A stretch of DNA of 64,000 nucleotides from Candidatus Bathyarchaeota archaeon (GTDB lineage Archaea > Thermoproteota > Bathyarchaeia > 40CM-2-53-6 > CAVXDP01), in assembly GCA_963760485.1 (NCBI GenBank), contig CAVXDP010000011.1:574-64573 (forward strand), written 5' to 3'. This document shows, one piece after another, positions 51,305 through 61,797 of the stretch (its first letter is position 1; each line of letters starts with the position of its first letter). The notes below the pieces were generated by a model. The model was not told the origin of the DNA. It searched no databases and saw nothing but the letters and a program-made list of their open reading frames with translations. Both the position numbers and the translations under genes were made by a program.

Positions 51305-53087
51305 CTAGATGTTTGAGGACCCTTCTGAGCCGATCTTTTTTAGTTGGCTTCTGTAAATCTCCAGAATCTCATCTCGCGTCGTCGCATCCTCTGGAGCCTT
51401 ATCATTTCGCCAATTCCCCGTGAATCTTGGAAACCTAAGAGCTAGTCCTGCATCTTTCTTCGCGGTATCTCTTGCACACGTATGCAAAGGAGAAAGAGTT
51501 ATCTCGTCTGCAGCGACCTCGAGCACTAGCCCAGGAGAAAACCAAATGTCGGGAGTCATTAGGCATACGACACGTGCGTGCCTATGCTGGATCTCATAGG
51601 GTTTCAACATTCCAGGGAGTTTCGATAAATCCTCATCTGTGAAACCGCTTCCGAGTTTACATATGGTTTCGAACAGATCCTGTTTGGGATCGTAGGTGGC
51701 TGTGAGAAGCGCTCCATAGGACCCCGCTCTCTTGCCTCGTCCATAGAATGCACCTATCGGAACTAAGTCGAATGTGTCAGCTATCTCCGCTTTGTACGAT
51801 CTCTTGTATTTGATCCAAGTCCATCCTCTCGCTCCAGCCTTGTAATCGGAGTCAGGGCCAATTGACTTGACCATCAAGCCTTCACATCCATCGGCCACAG
51901 CTTGATCCATATACACGTCAAGTCTGGTTGGATCGTCTGTCACGAGTTGATCTGACAGGGTTGCATGTGGATTCTTTTTCACAATTTGCTCAAGCAGCCG
52001 TCGCCTCTCTGGATATGGGGCGATCGTGCAGTCTTTTCCATCTAGATAGAGTACATCAAAGAGGTACACATGAACGGGAACCTCTTCTTCCATTCGTTCA
52101 ATCTCGTACTTTCGACCTCTCCTCTGCGAGATCATCTGGAAGGGCAGCATATCACCTGTGTTCGGGTCCACGGCAACGCATTCACCCTCAACCACAATCT
52201 CATTCGTATTGAGAGATTCTGTGATATATTGCAGCGCGTCGGGAAACTGTTCAGTCACGTTCTCCAATCTCCTAGAGAACAAACACGACTCACGTGGCGA
52301 GATGTGTGCCTGCAATCTTATCCCGTCATACTTGTACTCTGCCGCTCCCTTACCTCGCAAGTTTCTCAAGAATCTCGTTAGCGGTCGAGAGTCTCTCCGC
52401 AAGCATAGGCCTTATCGGGCGACCGACCTTAACTCTAAATTGTTTGACGGTTTCTAGGCTTTCATTCGCAACAATCTTCGCCACCAGTCCTAGATCTGAT
52501 GAGAGGTTGTACGCTCGCTCCAAATCATTTCGAGCCTCTTTGCCTCCCCCATAAGCGATCGCAAGAGCGTCGAGGATAGTCATGTCTGCGATCCCAAGCC
52601 TTAGTCTTCCAAGTGCGGTACGCATAATGTATCGAGCTTCCAGCGGTGAAGCATCGTGGAGTAGACTCGACAGAAATCTAGTCTTGACATCGATAGATCC
52701 ACTCCCCGTTGCGTGAGCTATCTTCTCGAAACAGTCATAGACTATTTCAACGGACAATTCCCTTCTAAGTAGTGTTGATTGAGATTTCTTTGCGGCGAAG
52801 ATTTCGGCTGTCTTTCCTAGATCACCAGTCTGTTTGAAGCTCTTTTCAACACTTTCCTCAGATCTTCCCGAGATAGATACTATTGATTTGATCGCAAGCT
52901 TCTCAGCGATGCCCAGTTCAATCCCGACAAAACCAGGATAGATTTTGCCCTGAGTCAGGTAGATGAGCTTGTCAATAGAGATCCTTGGGGACTGTTTGAG
53001 GATGGCGACTAGCAAATCAGTCATCTCCAGCCTCTTCGTTGTTCCCTCGATCTTCTCGTAGGCTTCAGCGAGCATTGAGTACTTCAA
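51305..53087 (-). CDS. lig: ATP-dependent DNA ligase (one frameshift near ~52355-52400)
   Basis: The N-terminal DNA-binding domain ORF (52350..53087, ending …PMLAERLSTANEILEKLAR) and the adenylation/OB ORF (51305..52402, with the KYDGIR motif I) are collinear in different frames. Confidence 0.8.
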
Positions 53088-53139
53088 AATCTACCCCGCA
53101 ATCTCATCTATAGCAGACTAGCCTTTTTCTCTTTTCCAG

Positions 53140-53648
53140 GGCGCGATTCGACATAACGGTTGCCCCAAGTGTCTTCTACGAGTTTTTTTCGAGTCATGTC
53201 GATTATTAGAGTGTTTAGGATGTTCTGCCGGGTACCCCAATGGGATTATTGCGACTGGCAGTACCCCTTCTGACAATTCTAGGATTTCAGAAACCTATTT
53301 CTCATTGAAGGATCATGCCCAGCATGTTCCAAGACCCAGAGCATGACCGGCAAGCAAGAGGTTTTGAACAGCTGCTGCAGTATCTTGGATACAGAAGAGG
53401 TTGACTCCTCTCTCCATAGTATCTTCCCGACCTACGTTGATCGGCACAGACTACTATAACAACGGGTGCCTCTGCAACCATCGACTGTCCTAGCGCGGCT
53501 TCTGTGAGGTCTCTCTTTGTGCGGTTTCTTTTAGTACAACGAAACACTAGGGGTGCAGGCTGCCAGCAGATGGATCTTGAGATGCAGCTTCTAGAATTCT
53601 CAAGCTTCCTTCTGGAATCTGGTTCCTAGTATACTTTCGAATGCTACA
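53140..53648 (-). pseudogene. nitroreductase-family gene remnant (>=3 frameshifts plus an in-frame TAG where Trp is expected)
   Basis: Manual translation of the minus strand gives MDLLDALKNRCSIRKYT…ILEAASQDPSAGSLHP, then a TAG stop, then CFVV. After frame changes it continues APVVIVVCADQRRSGRYYGER, then IQDTAAAVQNLLLAGHALGLGTCW, then IPLGYPAEHP. All are nitroreductase hallmarks. Confidence 0.6.
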
Positions 53649-53805
53649 CCTGTTTTTGAGAGCGTCAAGGAGATCCATCTTAGCACCTGCTCCAGAGTGG
53701 AATATGCTCAAACAAAAGGGCAGTGGTCAACTACGTTAACATAAACCGAAATAAGCAAGGCTTTGCGATTAGTGCCCGAACACTACGTACGCGAGGTAAT
53801 GCGGA

Positions 53806-54411
53806 TTGTTGGTTGGAAGGCCATCAATTAGGAGGTTTGGTCCTACTTACATTCTGATTATCATAAACGCACTCGTCTACGCTGGAACAGCCATTTTGAG
53901 CCTTAACCCTCTTGTGATAGATGGTTCAGTCTTGGCTTTGATCGGCCAGCATAACGCAAGAGTTCTGAACGATGGATGGTACTGGCAGTTGTTCACGTCT
54001 CTTTTTGTTCACGCGAACCTTCTTCACATCCTTGGAAACATGCTGTTCCTTTTGATCTACGGCGTAAGGACCGAGGATTTGTTTAGCAGTCGCCAGTATC
54101 TAGCAATCTATTTCGCATCAGGTCTTGCTGGAAATCTACTCAGCCTCTTGATGGGACCTGATGTAGTTTCAGTGGGAGCTTCGGGAGCGATATTTGGACT
54201 CTTTGGAGCATCGGTAATCTACATGAGAAGGTCGGTAGGTCAATCTATTGCTGGTGCTTTGATGTATGTCTTCTACCTGTTTGTTCTGAACATTGGTGCG
54301 GGGGTCAATTTGCTAGCTCATTTCGGGGGTTTGGCTACAGGCCTCATCATAGGATATTCGTTGGCACATACGCGACGAGAAACCAACAGCGTCAGGTATA
54401 GTGCTAGCTGA
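53806..54411 (+). CDS. rhomboid-family intramembrane serine protease
   Basis: Six or seven TM helices. The catalytic GASGAIFGLFGA (GxSG) and downstream LAHFGGLATG (His) are present. Confidence 0.7.
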   Translation: MLVGRPSIRRFGPTYILIIINALVYAGTAILSLNPLVIDGSVLALIGQHNARVLNDGWYWQLFTSLFVHANLLHILGNMLFLLIYGVRTEDLFSSRQYLAIYFASGLAGNLLSLLMGPDVVSVGASGAIFGLFGASVIYMRRSVGQSIAGALMYVFYLFVLNIGAGVNLLAHFGGLATGLIIGYSLAHTRRETNSVRYSAS

Positions 54412-54414
54412 TAG

Positions 54415-56064
54415 TTGGATATGGAGAAAACCTGGTTGAGATTCTGGCCCCATGAGATGGCGAAGAACCTCATCTATCCGAAGATGTCAATGGGCGATAT
54501 GCTGAGAAAAGCGTCATCACACAACGCTGATGGAACTGCGATTATTTTCGGCGACATTGCGATAAGCTACGCGCAGCTTGATAAATATACAGGAAGGCTT
54601 GCAGCGTCTCTGGCAAGGATTGGGATTGTCAAGGGAGATCGAGCAGCGCTATATCTTCCGAATACGCCACAGTTCATAATCAGCTATTATGGGATTCTAA
54701 GACTAGGAGGAGTCGTTGTCGCGTGCAGCCCTCTTTACAAGGAAAGAGAGCTTCTACATCAGTTGAATGACTCCGAAGCGAGAACAATCATCTGTCTTGC
54801 ATCGAACCAACAGATAGTCGAGAATGTTCTGAAGGATTCGATGATTAAGAACGTCATCACGGTAGATGCCGAGGATCTATTGACAGAACTACCGAGTGCA
54901 AATGAACGTGACGGTATTTCCGTTGAATCACATGATGGTCTCAGCCTAAGGTTCAGTGATCTACTCCAAACCGATTCCTCACCTGTTGACACAGAAATTG
55001 ATCCATCACGTGATCTCGCCCTCCTTCAGTACACGGGTGGAACTACTGGGACTCCGAAGGCGGCAATGATAACCCATCGAAACCTTGTTGTCAACGCGAT
55101 TCAATTTTCTACTTGGCTCAGTTTTCGACATGACGATGTGCACATTTCGGCGCTCCCCCTCTTCCACATATATGGTATGACAACGTCGATGAACGCCCCA
55201 ATCTACTCTGCTTCGACGATGGTGCTCGTGCATAGATTCGAACCAACTCGTCTATTGGAGACCATTGGTAGGTACAAGCCCACAGTCTTCTGCGGCGTTC
55301 CCACGATGTACATGGCGCTCGTGAACCACCCAGGTATCGAAAAGCACAACCTCAGGTCGATTCGGCTGTGTATTTCGGGAGCCGCACCGTTACCAGCTGA
55401 GGTTCAGAGAAAGTTCGAGCAGATAACAGGAGGAAGGTTGGCTGAGGGGTATGGTCTAACCGAAGCCAGTCCTGTAACGCACGTGAACCCGCTAGACGAT
55501 CCGAAAAACAATAGAATGGGATCGATAGGAATCCCAATCTTTGACACCGAGGCAAAGATCGTAGACCTTGAAACTGGTGAGAAAGATCTCATATCAGAAG
55601 AAGCGGGCGAGCTCGTGATTCGTGGACCGCAGGTGATGTTGGGCTACTGGAAGAACCCCGAAGAGACTTGTAGCTCGTTGAAGTGTGGCTGGCTACATAC
55701 CGGGGACATTGCGAAAATGGATGCCGATGGATACTTCCACATAGTTGATCGGAAGAAAGACATGATCAACGTGTCTGGACTGAAGATCTATCCGAGGGAA
55801 ATTGAGGAAGTCCTATACGAGCATCCAAGGGTAAGAGAAGCATGTGTGGTGGGCGTTCCGGATCCTTACCGAGGCGAGCGAGTAAAGGGATATGTAGTCT
55901 TGGAGCCGGGAGCCCAAGAAAAAACAGTTTCTGACGAGCTCATCTCGTTCTGCAAGCAAAGAATTGCAGACTACAAAGTTCCGTCAGAACTGGAGTTCAT
56001 CTTGCAGATGCCAAAGACATCTGCTGGAAAGATAGATAGAAGAGCCTTTCGAGAAAAGCACTAG
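54415..56064 (+). CDS. AMP-dependent acyl-CoA synthetase (long-chain-fatty-acid--CoA ligase-like)
   Basis: The AMP-binding motif LQYTGGTTGTPKAAMITHRNL is present. 549 aa with the FadD-type architecture. Confidence 0.8.
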   Translation: MDMEKTWLRFWPHEMAKNLIYPKMSMGDMLRKASSHNADGTAIIFGDIAISYAQLDKYTGRLAASLARIGIVKGDRAALYLPNTPQFIISYYGILRLGGVVVACSPLYKERELLHQLNDSEARTIICLASNQQIVENVLKDSMIKNVITVDAEDLLTELPSANERDGISVESHDGLSLRFSDLLQTDSSPVDTEIDPSRDLALLQYTGGTTGTPKAAMITHRNLVVNAIQFSTWLSFRHDDVHISALPLFHIYGMTTSMNAPIYSASTMVLVHRFEPTRLLETIGRYKPTVFCGVPTMYMALVNHPGIEKHNLRSIRLCISGAAPLPAEVQRKFEQITGGRLAEGYGLTEASPVTHVNPLDDPKNNRMGSIGIPIFDTEAKIVDLETGEKDLISEEAGELVIRGPQVMLGYWKNPEETCSSLKCGWLHTGDIAKMDADGYFHIVDRKKDMINVSGLKIYPREIEEVLYEHPRVREACVVGVPDPYRGERVKGYVVLEPGAQEKTVSDELISFCKQRIADYKVPSELEFILQMPKTSAGKIDRRAFREKH

Positions 56065-56087
56065 TTGTGCGGTCAGGAACTCACAGA

Positions 56088-57869
56088 CTAAGTCTTAGCG
56101 CTTTCAGAAGACAAGCCAAGTTGGTTCATGTAGGCGTCTATACCTTGTCTAACATATTCTTCAGCCACAAGGCCGAAAGGTGTCGGAGTTTCGAGTACCC
56201 TCTGAGGTATCCTGATCTTTCTAAAGTCATATCCTTCACGCAACTTGAACTCGTACTTTGCTTTGAGTATCTCAACACCGACTTTGTTTAAATCATCGGG
56301 GGCAAGATCCCATCCCATAACGTTGAGTGCCTTGCTCACGATTTCTGGTGTGTAAATTGCTCTGGCAAAGAAACATATGACAAGACTCGATAGTATTTGT
56401 CTCCATCTCTCCTCATCGATCAACAATGCAGCTGTCCTTTCAGGGTCCAACCGATCTCCTTTCGCAATTGCTTTCTGATCGATACCGTATCCGGCCGAAT
56501 CAAGGTGACTATGCCTTGAACCCGTCAAGTGTCCTAGTAGCGCGGCGGGTCCAGTGTGGTATCCAGGCATCTCATTTCCTCCGAAGCTCAGTGCAAACTC
56601 TGATCCACTGTACTTCTTTGAGGCATATTCAACACCTTGGCCTATGTCCCGATAGAAACTGTTACTCCTGTTCACTATTAGTCGGATCGCTTCAATGTAT
56701 CCTTGAGCGTCTCCCCAGTTGAAAATGATCCCCATAGTATCTTTGTCTGAGATCAAGCCTTTCAATTGAGCTTCGGTAGCCCAAGCCAAGACGACTCCTG
56801 TGCTCATAGCATCGAGGCCGTGAATTTCAGCCTCTTCGAAGAGTCTGAGGAGTTCCGTGCTTGAGCTTATGCCCAGCATCGATCCGAAGGCATAGATCAG
56901 TTCGTAGTCGTACGAGATCATTTTCGTCTTGTAGAAATATGGGTCACCCTCATACTCCTCTCGAAGAGATCCGAGATGGATGCAAGATACGGGGCAGTGT
57001 GAACAAGCGATTCTTCGCGCCAAATGGTTTTTCGCAAAACTTTCTCCCGAAATTGATTCTGCCCCTTCAAAACTAGTCTGCTGAAGATTTCTTGTGGGAA
57101 GAGCTTTGATCTCATTTAGCGGGTTCACGTTCATAGGTGTGCCTAGATCATGATACTTCTTCATAAGCGGCGATGCCGTAAGTGCTGTGAAGATCTCGTT
57201 GTAGATTTGCCGGTATGTCTTGGAATCACGTACCTTGATCATACGATTTCCGGAGACCAGCAATGCTTTCAGTTTCTTGCTACCGAAGACCGCGCCGAGT
57301 CCCAACCTTCCGAAGTGTCTGTATGTTTCTGTGATTACGCTGGCGTATGGAACTAGACGTTCGCCAGCCCTACCTATCCGCATGATTGTTCGAATACCTG
57401 CTCCCGGTTCGCGTTCTCTAATAACGCGGCCTACAGAGTAGCTGTTTCCCATACCCCAGAGGGCGGAAGCATCTCTGAAGTTCACCTTATCATCTTCTAT
57501 CGCGATGTAGATCGGCATGTCGCTTGACCCTAAGATTACGATTGCCCCGTAACCTGCGAGCCTGATAGATACGCCACTTCTTCCTCCGGCATGGCTTTCG
57601 CCAAGGTTTCCTGTCAGAGGAGACTTGAACATCGCAACAGTCTTCGAAGCGATTGGGAATACCCCATTGAGAGGTCCCACTGCAAACACAATCGGGTTAC
57701 TGGGACCGTAAGGGTCGGTACCACGCTCACATTTCTCTTTGAGCAATTGGATCGCCACGCCGGCTCCGCCAACATATCTTTCGAAAAGCTCCTGTCGTTC
57801 TTCAACCCAGTATCTGCGTGACGATAGATCGACGAAAAGAACGTTGGCTAATGGGTCCTTACCGATCAC
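56088..57869 (-). CDS. aor: tungsten-containing aldehyde:ferredoxin oxidoreductase
   Basis: 593-aa AOR-family protein. The N-terminus …FVDLSSRRYWVEERQELFERYVGGAGVAIQLL… and the overall length and architecture match. Confidence 0.8.
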   Translation of the reverse strand: MIGKDPLANVLFVDLSSRRYWVEERQELFERYVGGAGVAIQLLKEKCERGTDPYGPSNPIVFAVGPLNGVFPIASKTVAMFKSPLTGNLGESHAGGRSGVSIRLAGYGAIVILGSSDMPIYIAIEDDKVNFRDASALWGMGNSYSVGRVIREREPGAGIRTIMRIGRAGERLVPYASVITETYRHFGRLGLGAVFGSKKLKALLVSGNRMIKVRDSKTYRQIYNEIFTALTASPLMKKYHDLGTPMNVNPLNEIKALPTRNLQQTSFEGAESISGESFAKNHLARRIACSHCPVSCIHLGSLREEYEGDPYFYKTKMISYDYELIYAFGSMLGISSSTELLRLFEEAEIHGLDAMSTGVVLAWATEAQLKGLISDKDTMGIIFNWGDAQGYIEAIRLIVNRSNSFYRDIGQGVEYASKKYSGSEFALSFGGNEMPGYHTGPAALLGHLTGSRHSHLDSAGYGIDQKAIAKGDRLDPERTAALLIDEERWRQILSSLVICFFARAIYTPEIVSKALNVMGWDLAPDDLNKVGVEILKAKYEFKLREGYDFRKIRIPQRVLETPTPFGLVAEEYVRQGIDAYMNQLGLSSESAKT

Positions 57870-58350
57870 GTTCCCACTCCTCGCTAGGCCTGATCTTGAT
57901 TACACCGTAGTGGCAGAAATCCGTGCAAAATCCGCAGTGAACACAGATTATTGGCTTATTGTTCGAGCTGTCCCACGAGACTGCGCCTATTGTGCAAGCG
58001 TCCACGCACATTCTGCATCCGATACACTTGGCCTGGTTGAGTATTACGCCTCCCCCATTTCTAATGGTGAGAGCGTTAGTTGGGCAGGCTTTCATGCATG
58101 GTGGATCTGGACATGCTCTGCACGCAATAACTACGAACCCTCTTTCCATACCGCCTGCGGACCTAATTCTAATTGCTGACTTCTCGAGGCCGGCATTACC
58201 GAAGCGCCGCGCGCAGGCAAACATACAACACTGGCAGCCTACGCACAGATCAGTATCAATCAACGTTAATTTTGCACCAGCCAACCCAGCTACACCACCT
58301 GAAATGTGCGAAACAAATCGCTCGAAAAGACACACGAAATTTGTATTCAA
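57859..58350 (-). CDS. 4Fe-4S ferredoxin-domain protein (AOR-associated electron-transfer subunit)
   Basis: Several CxxCxxCxxxCP motifs are present (CVGCQCCMFAC, CRACPDPPCMKACP, CIGCRMCVDAC, CVHCGFCTDFC). The gene overlaps the aor start, which suggests an operon. Confidence 0.6.
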   Translation of the reverse strand: MNTNFVCLFERFVSHISGGVAGLAGAKLTLIDTDLCVGCQCCMFACARRFGNAGLEKSAIRIRSAGGMERGFVVIACRACPDPPCMKACPTNALTIRNGGGVILNQAKCIGCRMCVDACTIGAVSWDSSNNKPIICVHCGFCTDFCHYGVIKIRPSEEWERDR

Positions 58351-58487
58351 TAGGGCGAGCTGATTGATATATACTTCTCGTTACAGTATTGGAGCAACAT
58401 TTGTCGCTGAGCCGTTCTTTCCAGTGCAAAGTAGATGTACCCCCGAAAGAAAAGGCTGAAATAAGCAACCGATGATAGCCAACGCAG

Positions 58488-59165
58488 GTGGACGAAATGA
58501 CTGATCTGATATTCTTTCTAACGTATAGTGACGTGACTGTCTACAACGCGATCGAAGTCTTTGAAGAGACAAAGAACAGCAATGTGAAGTATTTCGGCTT
58601 CAAGGACGTAGGCCTACCCAAAGAGAAACTCAAGCAGCTACATTCGAACATGAAAGAAGCGGGCAAGACTACATTTCTTGAAGTTGTCACGGCCACAAAG
58701 GAAGACAACATTAAGTCAGCGAAGATGGCAGCAGAACTGGGTGTTGATTATCTCATTGGTGGCGTCGCAGTCAAGCAGACTCTTACTTTGCTTAAAGGCG
58801 CGAACATCAGATACTTCCCATATATTGGGAAAATTGTTGGCCACCCATGTCTGCTTAGAGGTACAGTTGAAAACATCACAAGAGACGCAAGAATGGTGGA
58901 GCGTCTAGGAGCTGCCGGAATAGACCTGTTGGGCTATCGATATGACCGCGACCCGGAACCAATGATTAAGTCCGTGCTAAAGACGGTCAAGATACCGCTA
59001 ATCGTAGCAGGAAGCATAGACTCACTTGAGAGAGTCCAGAAAATGGTCGACCTCGGTGTGTGGAGCTTCACTATCGGAAGCGCGTTCTTCGACAAGAAGT
59101 TCGTTCCGAACGGGAGTTTGACGGACCAAATCAATACGGTGCTGAACGCGATAGAAAAGAGATAG
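58488..59165 (+). CDS. TIM-barrel (ribulose-phosphate-binding-barrel / NanE-like) protein, uncharacterised
   Basis: The C-terminus IPLIVAGSIDSLERVQKMVDLGVWSFTIGSAF resembles the phosphate-binding end of NanE/ThiE-type barrels. It is not GGGPS-like. Confidence 0.3.
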   Translation: MDEMTDLIFFLTYSDVTVYNAIEVFEETKNSNVKYFGFKDVGLPKEKLKQLHSNMKEAGKTTFLEVVTATKEDNIKSAKMAAELGVDYLIGGVAVKQTLTLLKGANIRYFPYIGKIVGHPCLLRGTVENITRDARMVERLGAAGIDLLGYRYDRDPEPMIKSVLKTVKIPLIVAGSIDSLERVQKMVDLGVWSFTIGSAFFDKKFVPNGSLTDQINTVLNAIEKR

Positions 59166-59259
59166 AGGCACTTCATCAAAGTGAAGTAACTGCTCTCTAG
59201 GCCCACCCGAATCAGCGCCTATTCTTGCATGGGCTGAATATGTACTCTGGGAAAACGAG

Positions 59260-60387
59260 ATGACGTTTCCAAATTTGGAGTCTTGGAAGTGCTCCTGCGG
59301 AAGGCATAGTTGGCCAAAGATAGAAGTCATTGTTGAGAAAGGCGCTCTAGAGAAGCTTCCTGAAGTGAGAAGAAAACTTGGCCTCGGCGGAAGCTGCCTG
59401 ATCGTAGATGATGTGAATACAAGAGAAGTTGCTGGAGCCTCCCTTAGAAGGTCGTTGCAGCGAGACGATTGCCACGTTTCAGAAGTCGTGGTTGGGAGAC
59501 CTGACGAAGCAAACGTGGAGAAAGTCGTTGAAAGAGTTGGAAAAGGCGATTTTCTGTTGGGGGTGGGAGGAACCAGCGTTTTGGACATAACGAAACTTGC
59601 TGCTTACCGTGCCTCGGTTAGATACGTCATTGTTTCAACCGGAGTTGCCAACAATGGAATGAGCTCAAAGACTGCTTCAATTTCCATCAAGGGGAAAAAA
59701 GAAACGATTCCTGTGAGCCTTGCTGACGCATTGATCGTTGATCTCGCAATCGTTTCAGATGCTCCAACATGGATGGTGGCGGCTGGATGTGGAGATTTGG
59801 TAGCTGAGACAACTGCCATAAAGGACTGGCAACTCGGCCGAGACGAGCAGTCAGAACCCTACTGCAATTCTGTAGCCGAATTAGAGCTATCGGCTCTTAA
59901 CGATGTGATAGCCAATATTGAGATGATCAAATCGAGAAACGATGCGGGCATCAGAATCCTTGTGAACGCTCTCATCAGATCAGGACTTGGAATGACGATT
60001 TGGGGATCCTCAAGACCCGCTTCTGGGTCAGAACACCTTTGGTCGCATTGGCTTGACCACTATGCTGATGAGAACAAGATCAGATTTGGGCAGCATGGTG
60101 AACAAGTAGGTATTGGAACATGCCTTATGGCGAAATATCATGAGCTCTATGATCAAAATTGGTGGAGTTGTACGCAGCATCCCGTCTACCAAGCAGAGGC
60201 TTTAATGTCGTTTCTCAAAGGAGCTGGCGCTCCTGCAACACCATCTGAAATAGGTATCGAGAGGAGACTGGCGATCCAAGCTTTCTTGGACGCATGGGAG
60301 TATAGAAAAGAAAGATACACGATATTGCACAAGCGTCATCCGAGTCGACAAGATGCTGATAGAATATTGAGACAACTTTCCATGTGA
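59260..60387 (+). CDS. egsA: glycerol-1-phosphate dehydrogenase [NAD(P)+]
   Basis: GVGGTSVLDITK (a GGGS-type nucleotide loop) is present. AAGCGDLVAETTAIKDWQL and SSRPASGSEHLWSH…HGEQVGIGT closely match archaeal G1PDH signature blocks. Confidence 0.8.
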   Translation: MTFPNLESWKCSCGRHSWPKIEVIVEKGALEKLPEVRRKLGLGGSCLIVDDVNTREVAGASLRRSLQRDDCHVSEVVVGRPDEANVEKVVERVGKGDFLLGVGGTSVLDITKLAAYRASVRYVIVSTGVANNGMSSKTASISIKGKKETIPVSLADALIVDLAIVSDAPTWMVAAGCGDLVAETTAIKDWQLGRDEQSEPYCNSVAELELSALNDVIANIEMIKSRNDAGIRILVNALIRSGLGMTIWGSSRPASGSEHLWSHWLDHYADENKIRFGQHGEQVGIGTCLMAKYHELYDQNWWSCTQHPVYQAEALMSFLKGAGAPATPSEIGIERRLAIQAFLDAWEYRKERYTILHKRHPSRQDADRILRQLSM

Positions 60388-60439
60388 ATTCTTACGGAAA
60401 CAAAGGAACGGAGCTATTCGAATCGTTCCAGACAAAGCA

Positions 60440-61212
60440 TCATATCAGGAACAATGAACGACTCAGTTTTCTATGGGTCAAGATAGCTCGTAATGCGAGT
60501 TGCATTTCCAACGAAGCTCAGAAAAGGTGGCGAAACTTGATCAGATAACCCATCAAGAAAACTTCTCATCCTCAGAACCGGAACGATTGGCACGTTCATG
60601 ATATTCCTTGAGCATACATCCGCAAGAGTTACTAGGATCGGCACGAATGTGAATTCCGTTCGATCTGAAAGCCTAAGTCTCTTGATATGATTCGAAATCT
60701 CATCAGCGAGCGCCTTCGTTCGTACTATCTGCTGCTTGCACCGCAGTTGTTATCCTGCTTCTCTGCCATCCATACGTCCAGTGTTTGCAATCAACGCAGA
60801 GCACGAGTCTCCCCTTGACTCCAACAATATCGATTTCCCATCTCTTTCCCCTCTGCTTGAAAATGAAATGTCTTTTCGAATCATAACCATTTGAATCAAG
60901 AGCAATCAAGGTGACTTCTTCAAATTCTTTCCAATTCAGTTTCCTGCAAACTCTCTCTGGGTCGGCGCCGTCTTTTAAAGCCTCAACAGCTATGGCAATA
61001 CGCTGCTCATCGTCGGTGCATATCACGCCATCAACTATCGACACGGAGTCTTTGGCTGCCAATTTCTCTATGTAGGTTTGAACAAGACTCCTTGGAGTTC
61101 TCGACAATTCGGCAAGTTCATCAAATCCTATAGTTTGGTCCGTCTGCGTAGCTTTTAGAATTGATAACAGAACTTCCCGCGAGATCAATCTACTCTGATC
61201 AACCTCATACAA
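60440..61212 (-). CDS. wHTH plus PD-(D/E)xK nuclease-like protein (possible frameshift near 60715 extending the C-terminus)
   Basis: 169-aa ORF with an N-terminal wHTH and RWEIDIVGVKGRLVLCVDCKHW (an E-x-D … D-C-K nuclease core). The next frame continues with coding-like sequence for ~85 more aa. Confidence 0.4.
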
Positions 61213-61309
61213 TGAGTGCCTGAACTAATATGATTCACTATTTGAGATGCTACCATAACTCAGGCTTATCTATGTCCTCGGGCTCTAGTATCATCCGAAA
61301 GAGGCATCA

Positions 61310-61744
61310 ATGTCTCCTCGAGAGTGCTCAGAATTGCGAAGTGCCGGTTTGATTTGTTTCACGCTGATGATATGTGTTCTATTGTTTCAGTATTCATTGC
61401 CAACGACGAACGCCATTTCTGTGGGCCCTGTCAGCTATGAAATCCAAGCCATTCTTTCGAACGTAAATTCAGATACGTTGCTATACACATACGCAAATGC
61501 AGCCTATTTGGACTCCGGTGCAAATACTACGAGGGTTAGTGTCATCACAGCTACTCCAAGAGTGACCACAGTGAACGCAACTGCGATAACGACCGCAATA
61601 TCAGCAACTACGGCAGCTGTTTCGGTCTCCGTGACTGGAGGCGAACAAGATTTTCATTTGGAGGCTGCTCTCGTGATCGTTATTGCGATAATTCTTGGAG
61701 TGATCGTGTTCGCACGAAAGAAGAGAACCACAGAACAAAGTTGA
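61310..61744 (+). CDS. secreted Thr/Ala-rich protein with C-terminal TM anchor
   Basis: N-terminal signal/TM, a T/A/V-rich low-complexity middle, and a C-terminal hydrophobic helix plus RKKR. Confidence 0.35.
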   Translation: MSPRECSELRSAGLICFTLMICVLLFQYSLPTTNAISVGPVSYEIQAILSNVNSDTLLYTYANAAYLDSGANTTRVSVITATPRVTTVNATAITTAISATTAAVSVSVTGGEQDFHLEAALVIVIAIILGVIVFARKKRTTEQS

Positions 61745-61797
61745 AGATCGTCAACTCTTGTGCAGCGATGACACTGGATGACAATTGCCGTGGATCA

